From Candidatus Hodarchaeota archaeon (GTDB lineage Archaea; Asgardarchaeota; Heimdallarchaeia; Hodarchaeales; Hodarchaeaceae): a stretch of 41,425 bases of DNA. Below are positions 1 through 8,621 of this stretch, piece after piece (the first letter of the stretch is position 1; every line of letters begins with the position of its first letter). Both the position numbers and the translations under genes were made by a program. The stretch is from positions 1 through 41,425 of the forward strand of contig JAEOTC010000257.1 in NCBI GenBank assembly GCA_016840035.1, written 5' to 3'. Under the pieces are notes generated by a model. That model worked only from the letters and a program-made list of their open reading frames with translations. It did no database searches and was not told the origin of the DNA.

Positions 1-595
1 AATCTATTATTTCAGGATCAGATAATGCTGGTCGGATAACAAGATCACCATTTACAACAAATCTCGCGGGTATTGTATAATCATCAATTACGTCAATAAG
101 TGAAAAACGGGTCTTATATTCAAGAGGTAACTCTCTAATTACTGGAAGACCTCCAACATAGCAAGTGTAAGAATCGATTTTCTCTAAGGAGCTATAGAGA
201 TGGCCTAGTATAATACTGCTAAGACCAGGAGCAACTCCGCAGTCTACTACTGCGGTTACATTATTTTCTTTAGCAAGTTTATCAAGTTTAAAAGGGTCTT
301 CAGAAAAAAATGCGATATCTACAACATTTTTACCGGTTTCTATAATAGATTTAAGCGTTTCAAAACCCATGAAACCCGGTAATGCCCCAACAATAATATC
401 AAAGTCCTTTACCATGTTTTTCAAAGTTTGCGAGTCTGATAAATCAGCGTGTATTGCATTGATATTCTGGGGTTTCAATTTATCTAAGGAAGATTGGTTG
501 GCATCTGCAACTGTTACATTCATATCTTGATCCATTGCTAAATCAAGGGCGATAGCACTCCCAACTAAACCTGCTCCTAAAACAAGGCACTTCAT
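1..595 (-). CDS. Saccharopine dehydrogenase / lysine 6-dehydrogenase family oxidoreductase (partial, runs off left edge)
   Basis: Not in the ORF track. Manual translation from ATG 595 gives MKCLVLGAGLVGSAIALDLAMDQDMNVTVADAN (Rossmann GxGxxG), then VGALPGFMG, VDIAFF, VDCGVAPGLS and YVGGLP, all typical of the family. Confidence 0.88.
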   Translation of the reverse strand, partial: MKCLVLGAGLVGSAIALDLAMDQDMNVTVADANQSSLDKLKPQNINAIHADLSDSQTLKNMVKDFDIIVGALPGFMGFETLKSIIETGKNVVDIAFFSEDPFKLDKLAKENNVTAVVDCGVAPGLSSIILGHLYSSLEKIDSYTCYVGGLPVIRELPLEYKTRFSLIDVIDDYTIPARFVVNGDLVIRPALSDPEIID

Positions 596-660
596 TATAT
601 TTCCCTCAATGATACAGTATATTTTAAACATGTACACTCTACCATAGAAGAGATGAAGCA

Positions 661-1095
661 ATGAGTCAGAGAAATGAACACAAAAATTGTATTTTTTGTA
701 ATATAATAGATGGTAACGTCCCATGTTTCAAAGTATTTGAAACAGCAGATGTTATTGCGTTTGCTCCTAAGAAAGAAACAATAATTGCTCGCGGTCATTT
801 GTTAATTATTCCAAAAGAACATATTCGGAATTTTTACGATATCTCCAAAAATCAGTTATCAAAATTGCTTCATGGTGTAAAAGAAATCAGTATGAAATTA
901 AAAACAAAATATCACGTTAACGGGATTAATATTCTTCACGCTAGTGGGGAAATTGCTCAACAATCAGTTTTTCACTTTCATCTTCATTTAATTCCTCGAT
1001 ATAAAGATGATGGTTTAGATCTTTGGCCCACAACTGGATATCAGGATGATAATTATCCTTCGACCTATATAGAAATGGCTTCTATACTGCTTTAA
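661..1095 (+). CDS. HIT (histidine triad) family nucleotide hydrolase
   Basis: N-terminal CIFC, GHLLIIPKEH and triad AQQSVFHFHLHLIPR. Confidence 0.93.
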   Translation: MSQRNEHKNCIFCNIIDGNVPCFKVFETADVIAFAPKKETIIARGHLLIIPKEHIRNFYDISKNQLSKLLHGVKEISMKLKTKYHVNGINILHASGEIAQQSVFHFHLHLIPRYKDDGLDLWPTTGYQDDNYPSTYIEMASILL

Positions 1096-1202
1096 ACTGA
1101 TTTTCAGTGTATTGTTATATGTGGAGAAATGTTCTCTCGAATTATATCAAGAAATATCTAATATCTCCTTCACAATTGCATTCATAAAATAGTGTACCTA
1201 TC

Positions 1203-1721
1203 TTATAATAAATAGGGATCGGAATGTTTCCAACGATTAATATCATTCAAGGAAAAGGATTCTCGATCTTCTTTGGTTGTTGTGAGATATTCTAGGGTAC
1301 ATCGATTATCGCCACGCGCTTCACATGACGTATGAATAAGTTTTTTCTCCAAGTCAGATGCCATACTCTTGGCAGGATCCACATAACAGTAATATCGTCC
1401 TAGATCTAATTCATTAAATTGTTTGAAAACTTTGGCTAAATTACATCCCGTAACATTGTACCTCCCTTCGTCATCTTGATATACTTCTCCTGAATAGACT
1501 CCATAGGAAGGTAGATCTTGTTCCCCTTGTTTTACCATATCTGCAATTCGTCGACCGTATTCTACGATAGATTTGATGATTATCTCCTCTCCATGAATAT
1601 CCCCTAACTCTTCAATTAGAGTTTTAGAATAAGCTAAGTGCATCAGAGCTAACCGTGTTATTGCTACTCCCACTTCTTTCTTCGCTTCTTTTAAAGAAAC
1701 AACATTTTCTGTGTCATTCAT
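1203..1721 (-). CDS. L-2-amino-thiazoline-4-carboxylate hydrolase-like protein (V4R/H-NOX clan)
   Basis: Pattern 'YG..IA', 'VTGCNLAKVF', 'LGRYYCYVDPA' and 'GDNRC' with three conserved Cys. Confidence 0.7.
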   Translation of the reverse strand: MNDTENVVSLKEAKKEVGVAITRLALMHLAYSKTLIEELGDIHGEEIIIKSIVEYGRRIADMVKQGEQDLPSYGVYSGEVYQDDEGRYNVTGCNLAKVFKQFNELDLGRYYCYVDPAKSMASDLEKKLIHTSCEARGDNRCTLEYLTTTKEDRESFSLNDINRWKHSDPYLL

Positions 1722-1851
1722 CTGTAACCACTTTCTCTAGTTAATTTTTAACTGTGATAGGTAATCTTCCTTAGTAGTAGGAACATTTTGAAGTAATCCA
1801 TATCTTAATTATAGTTTCCATGGAATTATAATAAAATTGAATTCTAAATAT

Positions 1852-3303
1852 TCAAAAAATATCTAATATCTCCTTAACAAGATCAATTTTTTCATTAATG
1901 TTTGCTTGACGCGAGATCATAATTCTCTGTGCTTGGGGTGAACCAGCCCCGTGCAGTGATTCAGTTTTGTAACTTAAGGAAGCGACTCCCATGGAAAGAT
2001 TTTCGATAAAACGAAGTAGCTTATATCTATCCTGAACAGGAACCTCTTCACAGGTGGAAAGGTACTTCTGAATCAAGGGACCGATTTCTGGCTCTTCGAA
2101 GTCTTGTTGACTAGGCATGGTACAAATAATTCCACCAGCTAAATCTTCAGCAAGTCTGCCAATCTCATACGGGAATCGTGTAACATTTTGTTTATTCACA
2201 TTAGCTAAGAGCATGTCCATCTCATAATTACCTGCATCACGTTTGAAACCTTTTGTCGAACAAGCCACAGCACAACTCCATAGAGTTTCATTCAAATGAA
2301 TCATCTCTACCAGTTTATCTCGAATATGAGAGGCCTTTTCCACTCTATTATACCTCGCAATTAAAGCTGCGGCACCGATAAGTACATCTCCAACTCCCGT
2401 TTTACATGCATAAGATTGCCTATGATAACCTGCAAAACGATTAACGAGAGCTCCTGTGAAGTCCGTTTCTCCTTTCATAAAGATTTGTTCATTTGGTACA
2501 AAGACATTATCAAAAATTACAAAAATTTCTTGCCCCCCATATTTGAAGTTACCAATATCAAGAATCCCTTCTTCTAGCTTACGTGTATCGGAAGTTTGTC
2601 TTCCATAGACCATCGTAAGACCTTTGACTGTTGTTTCAATTCCAAAACTTACCGCGTAAGCTTCTTCTCCCTTCCTTAATGCTAATGTGGGCATAACAAT
2701 GGCCTGATGGGAGTTCAAAAATCCAGTTTGATGAACTTTAGCTCCTGATACGAAAATTCCTCTATTATTCTCATCAACAATGTGTAAAAACGCGTCAGGA
2801 TCGGTTTGATCAATGGGCCGTTTACTTCGATCTCCTTTCGAATCAGTCATACTACCTGCAACAAAAAGATCATTTTTCTGAATCTCAGTCCAATATTCTT
2901 TGAATCTATTGTGATACTCACCTTCACATTTTTTGTCTATCTCCCAGGTAACACTGTAGAGTGCGTTGGCAGCATCAAAACCCACACAGCGTTGAAAACA
3001 GCAAGCAGTTTTCTGTCCCAACAAACGTTGCATTTCCACTTTTAATAACAAATCATCGATGGATTGATGGATATGTGTAAAACGGTTGACAATTTCACCA
3101 GTTAGATGAGATTGTGCAGTCATAAGACGCTTGAACTCATCTACTTGGGCTAATTCGTAAATTTTTTTGACAGTATTGATAGAAGGTTCAATGATTTTAT
3201 AATAAGGATGCTCCCAAAATTTGGTGATTCTCTCTCCAAACATATACAGGTTAATTTCCCGTTTAATACTTTCTAAATATTCTTCTGGTGTTTTCAAGGG
3301 CAT
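1852..3303 (-). CDS. abfD: 4-hydroxybutyryl-CoA dehydratase / vinylacetyl-CoA delta-isomerase (FAD, [4Fe-4S])
   Basis: CFQRCVG, MTDSKGDRS, GAKVHQTG, YHRQSYACK and ESLHGAGSPQAQR. The Cys/Cys/His/Cys cluster ligands are present; 483 aa. Confidence 0.9.
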   Translation of the reverse strand: MPLKTPEEYLESIKREINLYMFGERITKFWEHPYYKIIEPSINTVKKIYELAQVDEFKRLMTAQSHLTGEIVNRFTHIHQSIDDLLLKVEMQRLLGQKTACCFQRCVGFDAANALYSVTWEIDKKCEGEYHNRFKEYWTEIQKNDLFVAGSMTDSKGDRSKRPIDQTDPDAFLHIVDENNRGIFVSGAKVHQTGFLNSHQAIVMPTLALRKGEEAYAVSFGIETTVKGLTMVYGRQTSDTRKLEEGILDIGNFKYGGQEIFVIFDNVFVPNEQIFMKGETDFTGALVNRFAGYHRQSYACKTGVGDVLIGAAALIARYNRVEKASHIRDKLVEMIHLNETLWSCAVACSTKGFKRDAGNYEMDMLLANVNKQNVTRFPYEIGRLAEDLAGGIICTMPSQQDFEEPEIGPLIQKYLSTCEEVPVQDRYKLLRFIENLSMGVASLSYKTESLHGAGSPQAQRIMISRQANINEKIDLVKEILDIF

Positions 3304-3389
3304 AAGATCAAACCTCGGCCATTTAAACTAGAATTTACAAATAATCATTCAGAATTGATTGATGAGATTAAAACATGTCTCAAGAGAAT

Positions 3390-3410
3390 TACCATAAGGT
3401 TTATATAATC
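3390..3410 (+). promoter_or_regulatory. Putative archaeal BRE/TATA promoter of the surface-protein array
   Basis: CATAAGGTTTATATAA upstream of the first array gene. A similar CATAAGGTTTTATAA precedes the gene at 33829. Confidence 0.45.
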
Positions 3411-3488
3411 TAATATTATTTTACAATAGTAATCATTAGGATGTAATGAAGAATGCCTCCTAATGAAAAACACTATGAGGTAAGAGGA

Positions 3489-4418
3489 ATGAAGAAAAAA
3501 ACCATGATTTTGGCCTTAATAATAGTAATTATAACCTCATCCATAAACTCTGGCTCTGCTGTCCTAGTATGGGAAGAGGATTTCGAGAATCTACCATTAA
3601 ATGATTGGTTTCTCGAAAGTTATGATACAGGAGGATTAGTTTATCCATTTGAACCAATTGATTGCGATCCATTTATTGATAATGGAAGTATACACCTACA
3701 TACACCAAGTGAAGCGGTATCCCCAAATGATTTTTTGGTCACTGCTATTCATAATAGCTCAGTAGCCTATGGTTCATGGAGTTTTGACTTTTTTACTCCA
3801 GAGGGTCAGGATCCTCAGTCTGTTGGTGGTGCTATGTTCATTGGAAACAATTATGGTTGTGGTAACGTTAATCTAACTGGAATTAGATACTCTCAACTCA
3901 GAGCCTGCTTCCAATCGTATGTTATTTATATTGGAACAGGTGGGTGGGGACGTGGTAATTCAATAACTATAAATATGTACAATGGAGGTGATTACACTTT
4001 TATTGGTGATTCTGGATCTCCCAATCTAAACATCACTGGATTTCATCATCTAAATATCACTCGTGACCTTACGGGATTATTTACAGTCTACCTTGACTCA
4101 GAAGAAATTTTTCAAGAAACGAATAATGAAATCACAACGTCAGAGATTTTTGAGTTTGTTTCTTTTTATGGGCAAATATCATTCGATAATCTTACTGTTT
4201 GTGATAGCGTTGGCCCTTGTCTTCCGACACCTACCACAACAACGACTACGCTACCTGTAACAACAACTACAACAACGTCTACTACAGTAGGAACTACTGA
4301 GGATACAACTTCCACCACAACTTCCGAAAGTGAGACTACTAGTATACATCTAGAAGTAACTTTGCTAATTGCCATGGTTAGCATGTTCTTCATTCGAAAG
4401 AGGAGACAGAAGGAATAA
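3489..4418 (+). CDS. Secreted/cell-surface protein, ConA/LamG-like beta-sandwich, Thr-rich stalk, C-terminal membrane anchor (paralogue 1)
   Basis: Signal peptide MKKKTMILALII...SA, then VWEEDFEN, YGSWSFDF, HHLNITRD, SFDNLTV, poly-Thr, TM helix and RKRR tail. ATG 3489 (after GAGG) preferred over 3453. The fold is an inference. Confidence 0.75.
   Translation: MKKKTMILALIIVIITSSINSGSAVLVWEEDFENLPLNDWFLESYDTGGLVYPFEPIDCDPFIDNGSIHLHTPSEAVSPNDFLVTAIHNSSVAYGSWSFDFFTPEGQDPQSVGGAMFIGNNYGCGNVNLTGIRYSQLRACFQSYVIYIGTGGWGRGNSITINMYNGGDYTFIGDSGSPNLNITGFHHLNITRDLTGLFTVYLDSEEIFQETNNEITTSEIFEFVSFYGQISFDNLTVCDSVGPCLPTPTTTTTTLPVTTTTTTSTTVGTTEDTTSTTTSESETTSIHLEVTLLIAMVSMFFIRKRRQKE
4183..4309 (+). repeat. 127-bp direct repeat copy 1 (partner 5150..5276)
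   Basis: Base-by-base comparison shows a single mismatch (ACT/ATT). Confidence 0.95.
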
Positions 4419-4455
4419 TCTTGATAATTATTAGTCAAAGATGAATGAGGATTGA

Positions 4456-5385
4456 ATGATGAAGAAAAAGAAATTGAACCTTTATATTGCTTGTATTTCG
4501 ATAGGGTTAATCTTTGGATTGGTTATAAACCAAACCTCTGCTACATTAGTATGGGAAGAGGATTTCGAGAACCCACCTTTTGATGATTGGTCTCTCTATG
4601 GTTATGATACTGTGGGCCCATGGCAATCGGCCAATTGCCCCCCAATTATTGCAAATGGAGCAATGACAACGCACATTAGTCAAGGGAAACAAGCTATTGC
4701 TATCCATACTAGTTTAGTAGCTTACGGAACTTGGAGTTTTGACTTTGATATCCCCGAGGATCAGGAAAGTCTTTTCTCTATAATGTTCATTGCGAACAAT
4801 TATGGTGGAGGTAACCTTAACTTCACTGGAAAAACTTACTCTGAAATTTCTTATGATATGGTATGTTATATCATTTATATCAAATCTGGTACAGAGGGTG
4901 GGGATTGGGTAAATGATTACTCTATAACATTAAAAATTTGGATTGGAAATTCAAGTCTTTATTTAAATCTCGCGGAGTACATTCTTTCTTCCTCTCTTAT
5001 TGGAACCCATCATATGACTATTACACGCAATTCTACCCAAGGAGAATTTCAAATCAACCTTGACTCAGAACGTATTATTCGTGTTACTAATAATATCATC
5101 AAGACATCAGAGATTTTAGAATTTTCGACATTTTACGGAGAAGTTTCAATCGATAATCTTACTGTTTGTGATAGCGTTGGCCCTTGTCTTCCGACACCTA
5201 CCACAACAACGATTACGCTACCTGTAACAACAACTACAACAACGTCTACTACAGTAGGAACTACTGAGGATACAACACCCACGACAACATCCGAGGACCA
5301 AACTACTGGCATACATCTAGAAGTAACTTTGCTAATTGTCATGGTTAGTATGTTCTTCAACCGAAAGAGGAAACAGAAAGCATAA
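4456..5385 (+). CDS. Cell-surface protein paralogue 2 (mosaic of paralogues 1 and 3)
   Basis: Same motif order: VWEEDFEN, YGTWSFDF, NNYGGGNLN, DNLTV, Thr stalk, TM, basic tail. Confidence 0.78.
   Translation: MMKKKKLNLYIACISIGLIFGLVINQTSATLVWEEDFENPPFDDWSLYGYDTVGPWQSANCPPIIANGAMTTHISQGKQAIAIHTSLVAYGTWSFDFDIPEDQESLFSIMFIANNYGGGNLNFTGKTYSEISYDMVCYIIYIKSGTEGGDWVNDYSITLKIWIGNSSLYLNLAEYILSSSLIGTHHMTITRNSTQGEFQINLDSERIIRVTNNIIKTSEILEFSTFYGEVSIDNLTVCDSVGPCLPTPTTTTITLPVTTTTTTSTTVGTTEDTTPTTTSEDQTTGIHLEVTLLIVMVSMFFNRKRKQKA
5150..5276 (+). repeat. 127-bp direct repeat copy 2 (partner 4183..4309)
   Basis: Near-identical to 4183..4309. A 38-bp sub-block recurs at 6223..6260 in paralogue 3. Confidence 0.95.
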
Positions 5386-5423
5386 GGCCGGCTAATTATT
5401 AGTTAAAGGAGAAAGGAGACTGA

Positions 5424-6368
5424 ATGATGAAGAGAAGGAAATTGAAACTATTCATTGTTTGTATATCGATAGGATTAATCTTTGGATTAGCTATAAATCA
5501 AACCGCTGCTATCCTCGTGTGGGAAGAGGACTTTGAAAATCCCCCGTTTGACGAATGGACTCTTTTTGGATATGATCATGGGGACTGGAAGGAACCATAT
5601 CAGCTAATCGATTGTCCCCCAATTATTGCAAATGGAATAATGACAACGAACATTACTCAAGGGAAGCTAGCTTGTGCGCTCCATCCTAGCCCAGTGGTAT
5701 ACGGGACCTGGGATGTTGATTTTTATATCCCCGAGGATCAGGAAAGTCTTTTAGGTATACACTTCATTGTAAACGGTTATGGTGGAGGAAATCTTAACTT
5801 GACTGGAATAAGTTACCCTGAAATCTCTTCCACTATGCTATCTTATGTCCTCTATATAAAATCAGGGACAGAGGGGGAACCTTGGGTAAAAGATTATTCA
5901 ATATCATTAGTTCTCTGGATTGGGAGAGTGCACCGTGAACCTCTTCCCACTTTATGGAGCATAATCGCTGAACACAATTTCTCTTTCCCTCTTATTGGTT
6001 CCCATCACCTAACCATTTCCCGTGAATCTACCCATGGAGAGTTTGAAGTCTTTCTTGACTCAAATCACATTTTTCGGGTAATAAATAATGAAATCACAAC
6101 ATCAGAGCATTTTGAGTTAGTTACATTTATCGGAGAGGTTTCCTTCGATAATCTTACGGTATCTAATACTGAACCTGAACCTACTACAACAACGACTACA
6201 ATACCTACCGCGACAACTACAGCAACGTCTACTACAGTAGGAACTACTGAGGATACAACTACTACGACACCTACTACAAGTGAAACTACTGGTAAACATC
6301 TAGGAGTAATTGCACTCCTTACCGTGGTTAGCATGTACTTCATCCGAAGAAGGAAACAGAAAAGATAG
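5424..6368 (+). CDS. Cell-surface protein paralogue 3
   Basis: Signal peptide almost the same as paralogue 2; VWEEDFEN, YGTWDVDF, IPEDQESL, SFDNLTV, Thr stalk, TM and RRRK. Confidence 0.78.
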   Translation: MMKRRKLKLFIVCISIGLIFGLAINQTAAILVWEEDFENPPFDEWTLFGYDHGDWKEPYQLIDCPPIIANGIMTTNITQGKLACALHPSPVVYGTWDVDFYIPEDQESLLGIHFIVNGYGGGNLNLTGISYPEISSTMLSYVLYIKSGTEGEPWVKDYSISLVLWIGRVHREPLPTLWSIIAEHNFSFPLIGSHHLTISRESTHGEFEVFLDSNHIFRVINNEITTSEHFELVTFIGEVSFDNLTVSNTEPEPTTTTTTIPTATTTATSTTVGTTEDTTTTTPTTSETTGKHLGVIALLTVVSMYFIRRRKQKR

Positions 6369-6390
6369 TGTTGATTGTATGATAAAGAGA

Positions 6391-6428
6391 AATAGAAGAG
6401 CTAGAGAAATTCCCCTCTTCCTTTTTTC
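6391..6428 (+). terminator. Putative terminator (GAAGAG...CTCTTC stem plus T-run) after the array
   Basis: Inverted repeat 6395-6400/6415-6420 followed by CTTTTTT, between convergent genes. Confidence 0.5.
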
Positions 6429-6453
6429 ATCCAAAATATCCCCTGTAAGGAGT

Positions 6454-7197
6454 TTATATTTTTAAATTACCTATAACTTGCTGTAGTGATCGAGAAAACT
6501 CGTGTTCAAGCGAAAATATTGTTGTTTCATGAGCCATCTCATAAGCTGTATGACAGGAGCAGGAGATGTAGCCAACATATTTTATTCCTTCTAACTGGAG
6601 TTTTTTTGCCCATGTTTCAAGATCGTTCTCCATGTCAACCTCTGGAACTTGATTGAAAAGAAGATTGACATCGAAACTCATGGAGGGTTTTGCTCTTTTG
6701 TATAGAATATCTAGAAGTTGTTTTGTACCTGATACTTCAAAAGAATTAGGTCTGAGTAGGAGAATAACAGTATCAGCTAATGCAATCAGGTTTACAAGGA
6801 TTAGTTGCCAGCCAGGGGGTGTATCAAAAATGACGTAATCATACTTGTCTTCACATGCTTTGAGATTTTCCATCATTTTCTCAAGTAATTTGAGGAACCA
6901 TGCTTGATTTGAACCCATAATTTCTGCAGAAGGATCAAATTGTGTTTTAGCAAAGATGATATCTAGATTGGGTTTGATACCTGCTTGAATTATCTCGTTA
7001 AAAGTTGCAGAATCTTTGCAAAAATCATTGAAATAGACTTTTGGTTCGTGTTTAAAGATATTAACAAAGGTGGGCATGCCGAAATCGTTTTCAATCAAAA
7101 GAACTCTCGTTTTCTGTGATAGAATATTAGCTAGATTGACTGCTACCGTTGTTTTACCTGTACCACCTTTATAGCTGTGAATGAGAATTTTTTTCAT
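6454..7197 (-). CDS. ParA/MinD family P-loop ATPase
   Basis: Deviant Walker A SYKGGTGKTT, A' VLLIENDF, Walker B YDYVIFDTPPG, LLFNQV. Start is ATG 7197 (alternative 7221). Confidence 0.9.
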   Translation of the reverse strand: MKKILIHSYKGGTGKTTVAVNLANILSQKTRVLLIENDFGMPTFVNIFKHEPKVYFNDFCKDSATFNEIIQAGIKPNLDIIFAKTQFDPSAEIMGSNQAWFLKLLEKMMENLKACEDKYDYVIFDTPPGWQLILVNLIALADTVILLLRPNSFEVSGTKQLLDILYKRAKPSMSFDVNLLFNQVPEVDMENDLETWAKKLQLEGIKYVGYISCSCHTAYEMAHETTIFSLEHEFSRSLQQVIGNLKI

Positions 7198-7224
7198 GAT
7201 AATCAACACCCAATTTTTCATTGG

Positions 7225-7767
7225 TTAGTGGACATAATAATAAATCTTACCATGAGACTCTCTAAAATCAAGAAGTGCATCTGCCATGAATTTCTCAAGA
7301 TGCTTGAGTAGAATCTTCTTATCTTTCTTCATATGACTAGCTAAATCCTCAATGGTTACTCCGGGCATTTTTTGGAGTTGTAATTCAAGTAAGGCTAAAG
7401 CGGTGTCATTTTCTTCTTCAGAGAGAGTTTGTCGCATATTCCAGTTGCGTAAACTCCATTCCTCTTTTAATGTGGTCAAAAATTCGCTCATCGCTCGTTT
7501 GATAAAATCATCAACACTGGTAATAGCGTATTTGACCTTTATTGATTTACTGGATATGATTTTATGAATTTCATTATACATATCAGCATCGATTTCTAAG
7601 GCCATTCCGTGATATACCTTGTTAACACAAAAACGTAATACTTCAGCTTTATTTTTTAATTTGAAATTATCCTGAATATGTGTAAATTTTTCTGCATCTT
7701 CTTCATCAAGATCTACACGAATGGGTAACTTTGGAGGTCCTCGTCCTTTCTCATCGTTTTTAGCCAT
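7225..7767 (-). CDS. Putative DNA-binding protein (two ribbon-helix-helix-like units plus C-terminal winged helix)
   Basis: 'PIRVDLDEEDAEKF...KNKAEVLRFCV' and 'ALEIDADMYNEI...SVDDFIKRAMSEF' look like RHH units. 'GVTIEDLASHMKKDKKILLKHLEKF...GKIYYY' looks like a wHTH. Directly upstream of and co-oriented with the ATPase. Confidence 0.6.
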   Translation of the reverse strand: MAKNDEKGRGPPKLPIRVDLDEEDAEKFTHIQDNFKLKNKAEVLRFCVNKVYHGMALEIDADMYNEIHKIISSKSIKVKYAITSVDDFIKRAMSEFLTTLKEEWSLRNWNMRQTLSEEENDTALALLELQLQKMPGVTIEDLASHMKKDKKILLKHLEKFMADALLDFRESHGKIYYYVH

Positions 7768-7955
7768 AACGGTACACCATAAATTTACTAAGATTATGTA
7801 TTATAACCTTCGTAAAATAATATTGGGTATTAATAGATATGGAAATCATAAGAATATATGTCGCTTGTACCATGGTAAAACTTATAAATGTTATTATGAT
7901 ACAATAGTACTTAATAGGATATAATGGGAAATTATGTCTTATTGAATAAAACATA

Positions 7956-8477
7956 TTGGATGTGAATAGAATTATAGGTAATAAAAAAACACAGGTTTCC
8001 TTATTTCTACTATTTCTTGTTGTATTAGCCGTACCCTTATTATCCACGAATGCAGGTAGAAGTAGAAAATCTAGGTTTACAATGGCTGAAAGTCTTTGGC
8101 AATATACACCTGAAATCCTAGATGTACAAGTTATAGACGATGACACAATATTACGAACGAGAGAGGATGCAGTTTGGTCAGGAACTTTTGAGGGAACATC
8201 GACGGAACAGTGTGTTGTAGTGATATCTGCTTCTGGAGCATGGTCTGTTGTTGGTTTTGTCTTTTTTGATGGTGAAGTCAACGGGATGTCTGGAACCCTA
8301 TTGATCTACTTTTGGGGTTCGAGACCAGATGGGTTTTCTGAATGGGATGGCCGATGGCTAATAGAAAGTGGGACAGGAGATTTAGAATACCTTAATGGGC
8401 GAGGAATCTTTTGGGGACCTGGAGCTCCAGACGTGGGACAACAAGGGGATATTTACGTAAGAGGTATCCTCTTTTAA
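7956..8477 (+). CDS. Secreted DUF3224-like beta-barrel protein
   Basis: Hydrophobic signal peptide; 'FDGEVNGMSGTLLI...WLIESGTGDLEYLNGRG' resembles the DUF3224 signature. Confidence 0.6.
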   Translation: MDVNRIIGNKKTQVSLFLLFLVVLAVPLLSTNAGRSRKSRFTMAESLWQYTPEILDVQVIDDDTILRTREDAVWSGTFEGTSTEQCVVVISASGAWSVVGFVFFDGEVNGMSGTLLIYFWGSRPDGFSEWDGRWLIESGTGDLEYLNGRGIFWGPGAPDVGQQGDIYVRGILF

Positions 8478-8498
8478 ATGTCCAATCATCAATAGAAG

Positions 8499-8529
8499 GA
8501 GCTAATGAAAGTTAGCTCTACCTTTTTTC
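8499..8529 (+). terminator. Hairpin terminator with GAAA tetraloop
   Basis: GAGCTAAT-GAAA-GTTAGCTC followed by TACCTTTTTT, 22 nt after the stop of 7956..8477. Confidence 0.65.
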
Positions 8530-8621
8530 TCATAGATATCTTATTTTATGGAATTCCGATGCTTTTTCTTTTTTAAATATACGAATTTTTGAAGAATTTC
8601 TCAGTTTTCCACGAGTATCAC

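Noticed and set aside
4183-5276. 127-bp repeat pair as the TR/VR of a diversity-generating retroelement
   Set aside because: No reverse transcriptase in the window, both copies are coding, the single mismatch is C/T rather than adenine-specific, and the repeat covers the stalk rather than a ligand-binding end.
4225-6290. ACA/ACT short repeats as a CRISPR array or contingency microsatellite
   Set aside because: These are imperfect codon repeats encoding poly-Thr; no repeat-spacer periodicity and no cas genes.
4166-6343. Val-rich antisense ORFs (4166..4438, 5133..5360, 6065..6343)
   Set aside because: They are mirror images of Thr codons (ACN read as GTN) in the stalks, not independent genes.
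7760-8281. 173-aa minus-strand ORF
   Set aside because: It overlaps the DUF3224-like gene antisense and spans the promoter spacer, with no recognisable motifs.
6430-8530. ParA cassette as an integrated plasmid or provirus
   Set aside because: No integrase, Rep, transposase or virion genes and no tRNA target; only weak flanking similarity, reported separately as a finding.
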